Made by a program: the position numbers and the translations under genes. The notes under the pieces are model-generated. The model worked only from the letters and a program-made list of their open reading frames with translations, was not told where the DNA came from and did not search any database. Below, in pieces: positions 63,445 through 64,000 of a stretch of DNA of 64,000 nucleotides; within the stretch, counting starts at the first letter, position 1; each line of letters begins with the position of its first letter. Source of the stretch: Mytilus californianus (Eukaryota); assembly GCF_021869535.1 (NCBI RefSeq), contig NW_026262701.1, positions 102,796,001 through 102,860,000 of the forward strand, written 5' to 3'.

Positions 63445-64000
63445 AACAAAATATGTATAATTCAAATTCCACTACATTACAGTTATACCAGACGGTGCAT
63501 TTTGAAAAACCTGATAATATGAATAAGCCGTTTTAAAGTTTAATCCTTTGTAAGCGAAATTGGTTAAGCGTCTTATAAGGTTAGACAGGGAATGTTTTGT
63601 CATTAAACAATGTCACTTGACCAAAACTTAATCAGTACAAAAAGGACAAGTAAGATACATAGACAATTTCTGTCAGAAAACTTTTACGACCCGTCATCAT
63701 CAAATTTCCCTCTTGTATAAAACCAGTCAATATATATTGATAGAAAATAACAAAAATATGCGTAAAGGCGCTGCAGTATTATTTTTTTTCATAACAATTT
63801 TAAAAAGAAACAGGGTAACTTTAATAAAAAAAAAATAGAATAAAAAACATATGCCGAGTCATTTTGTTACAAGGCATTTACTTTTTTTTTACTTTTCATT
63901 TTTTTCTGGTTCATTATATGTTCCTTGTATGAGCTTTTATGAATTTCACGTAACATTTTGATTACAAAAGTTATTTATACAGCTAATTATTATCGGGCAT

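Overview
AT-rich eukaryotic DNA. The repeat families resemble those of a bivalve mollusc such as Mytilus (inference from recalled consensus sequences, not a search). Three spliced genes can be rebuilt by hand with canonical GT-AG junctions and consistent phases. (1) Minus strand 11938-1603: an 8-exon, 1093-aa open DDE-transposase-like gene (Sola-like, probably Sola3) with a C2H2 finger, TE-laden introns and no visible terminal inverted repeats; a domestication candidate. (2) Plus strand 17052-42177: ANKS3 (ankyrin repeats, SAM, coiled coil), 12 coding exons, 789 aa. (3) Minus strand 63444-57919: a 5-exon, 336-aa signal peptide + single VWA + transmembrane protein, with a 5'-truncated Penelope-like retroelement antisense in one intron. 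The most striking pattern: five unrelated tandem arrays (units 77, 52, 48, 86/89 and 80/83 bp) each start exactly at a 5' splice site of ANKS3, in coding introns 1, 3, 5, 7 and 9. Four of them amplify the exon end together with its GT donor. The rest is Helentron/HINE-like elements with internal satellites, MITEs, SINEs, retroelement tails and an 8.1-kb 97-bp satellite apparently born inside a SINE. No CRISPR, rRNA or true tRNA is supported.
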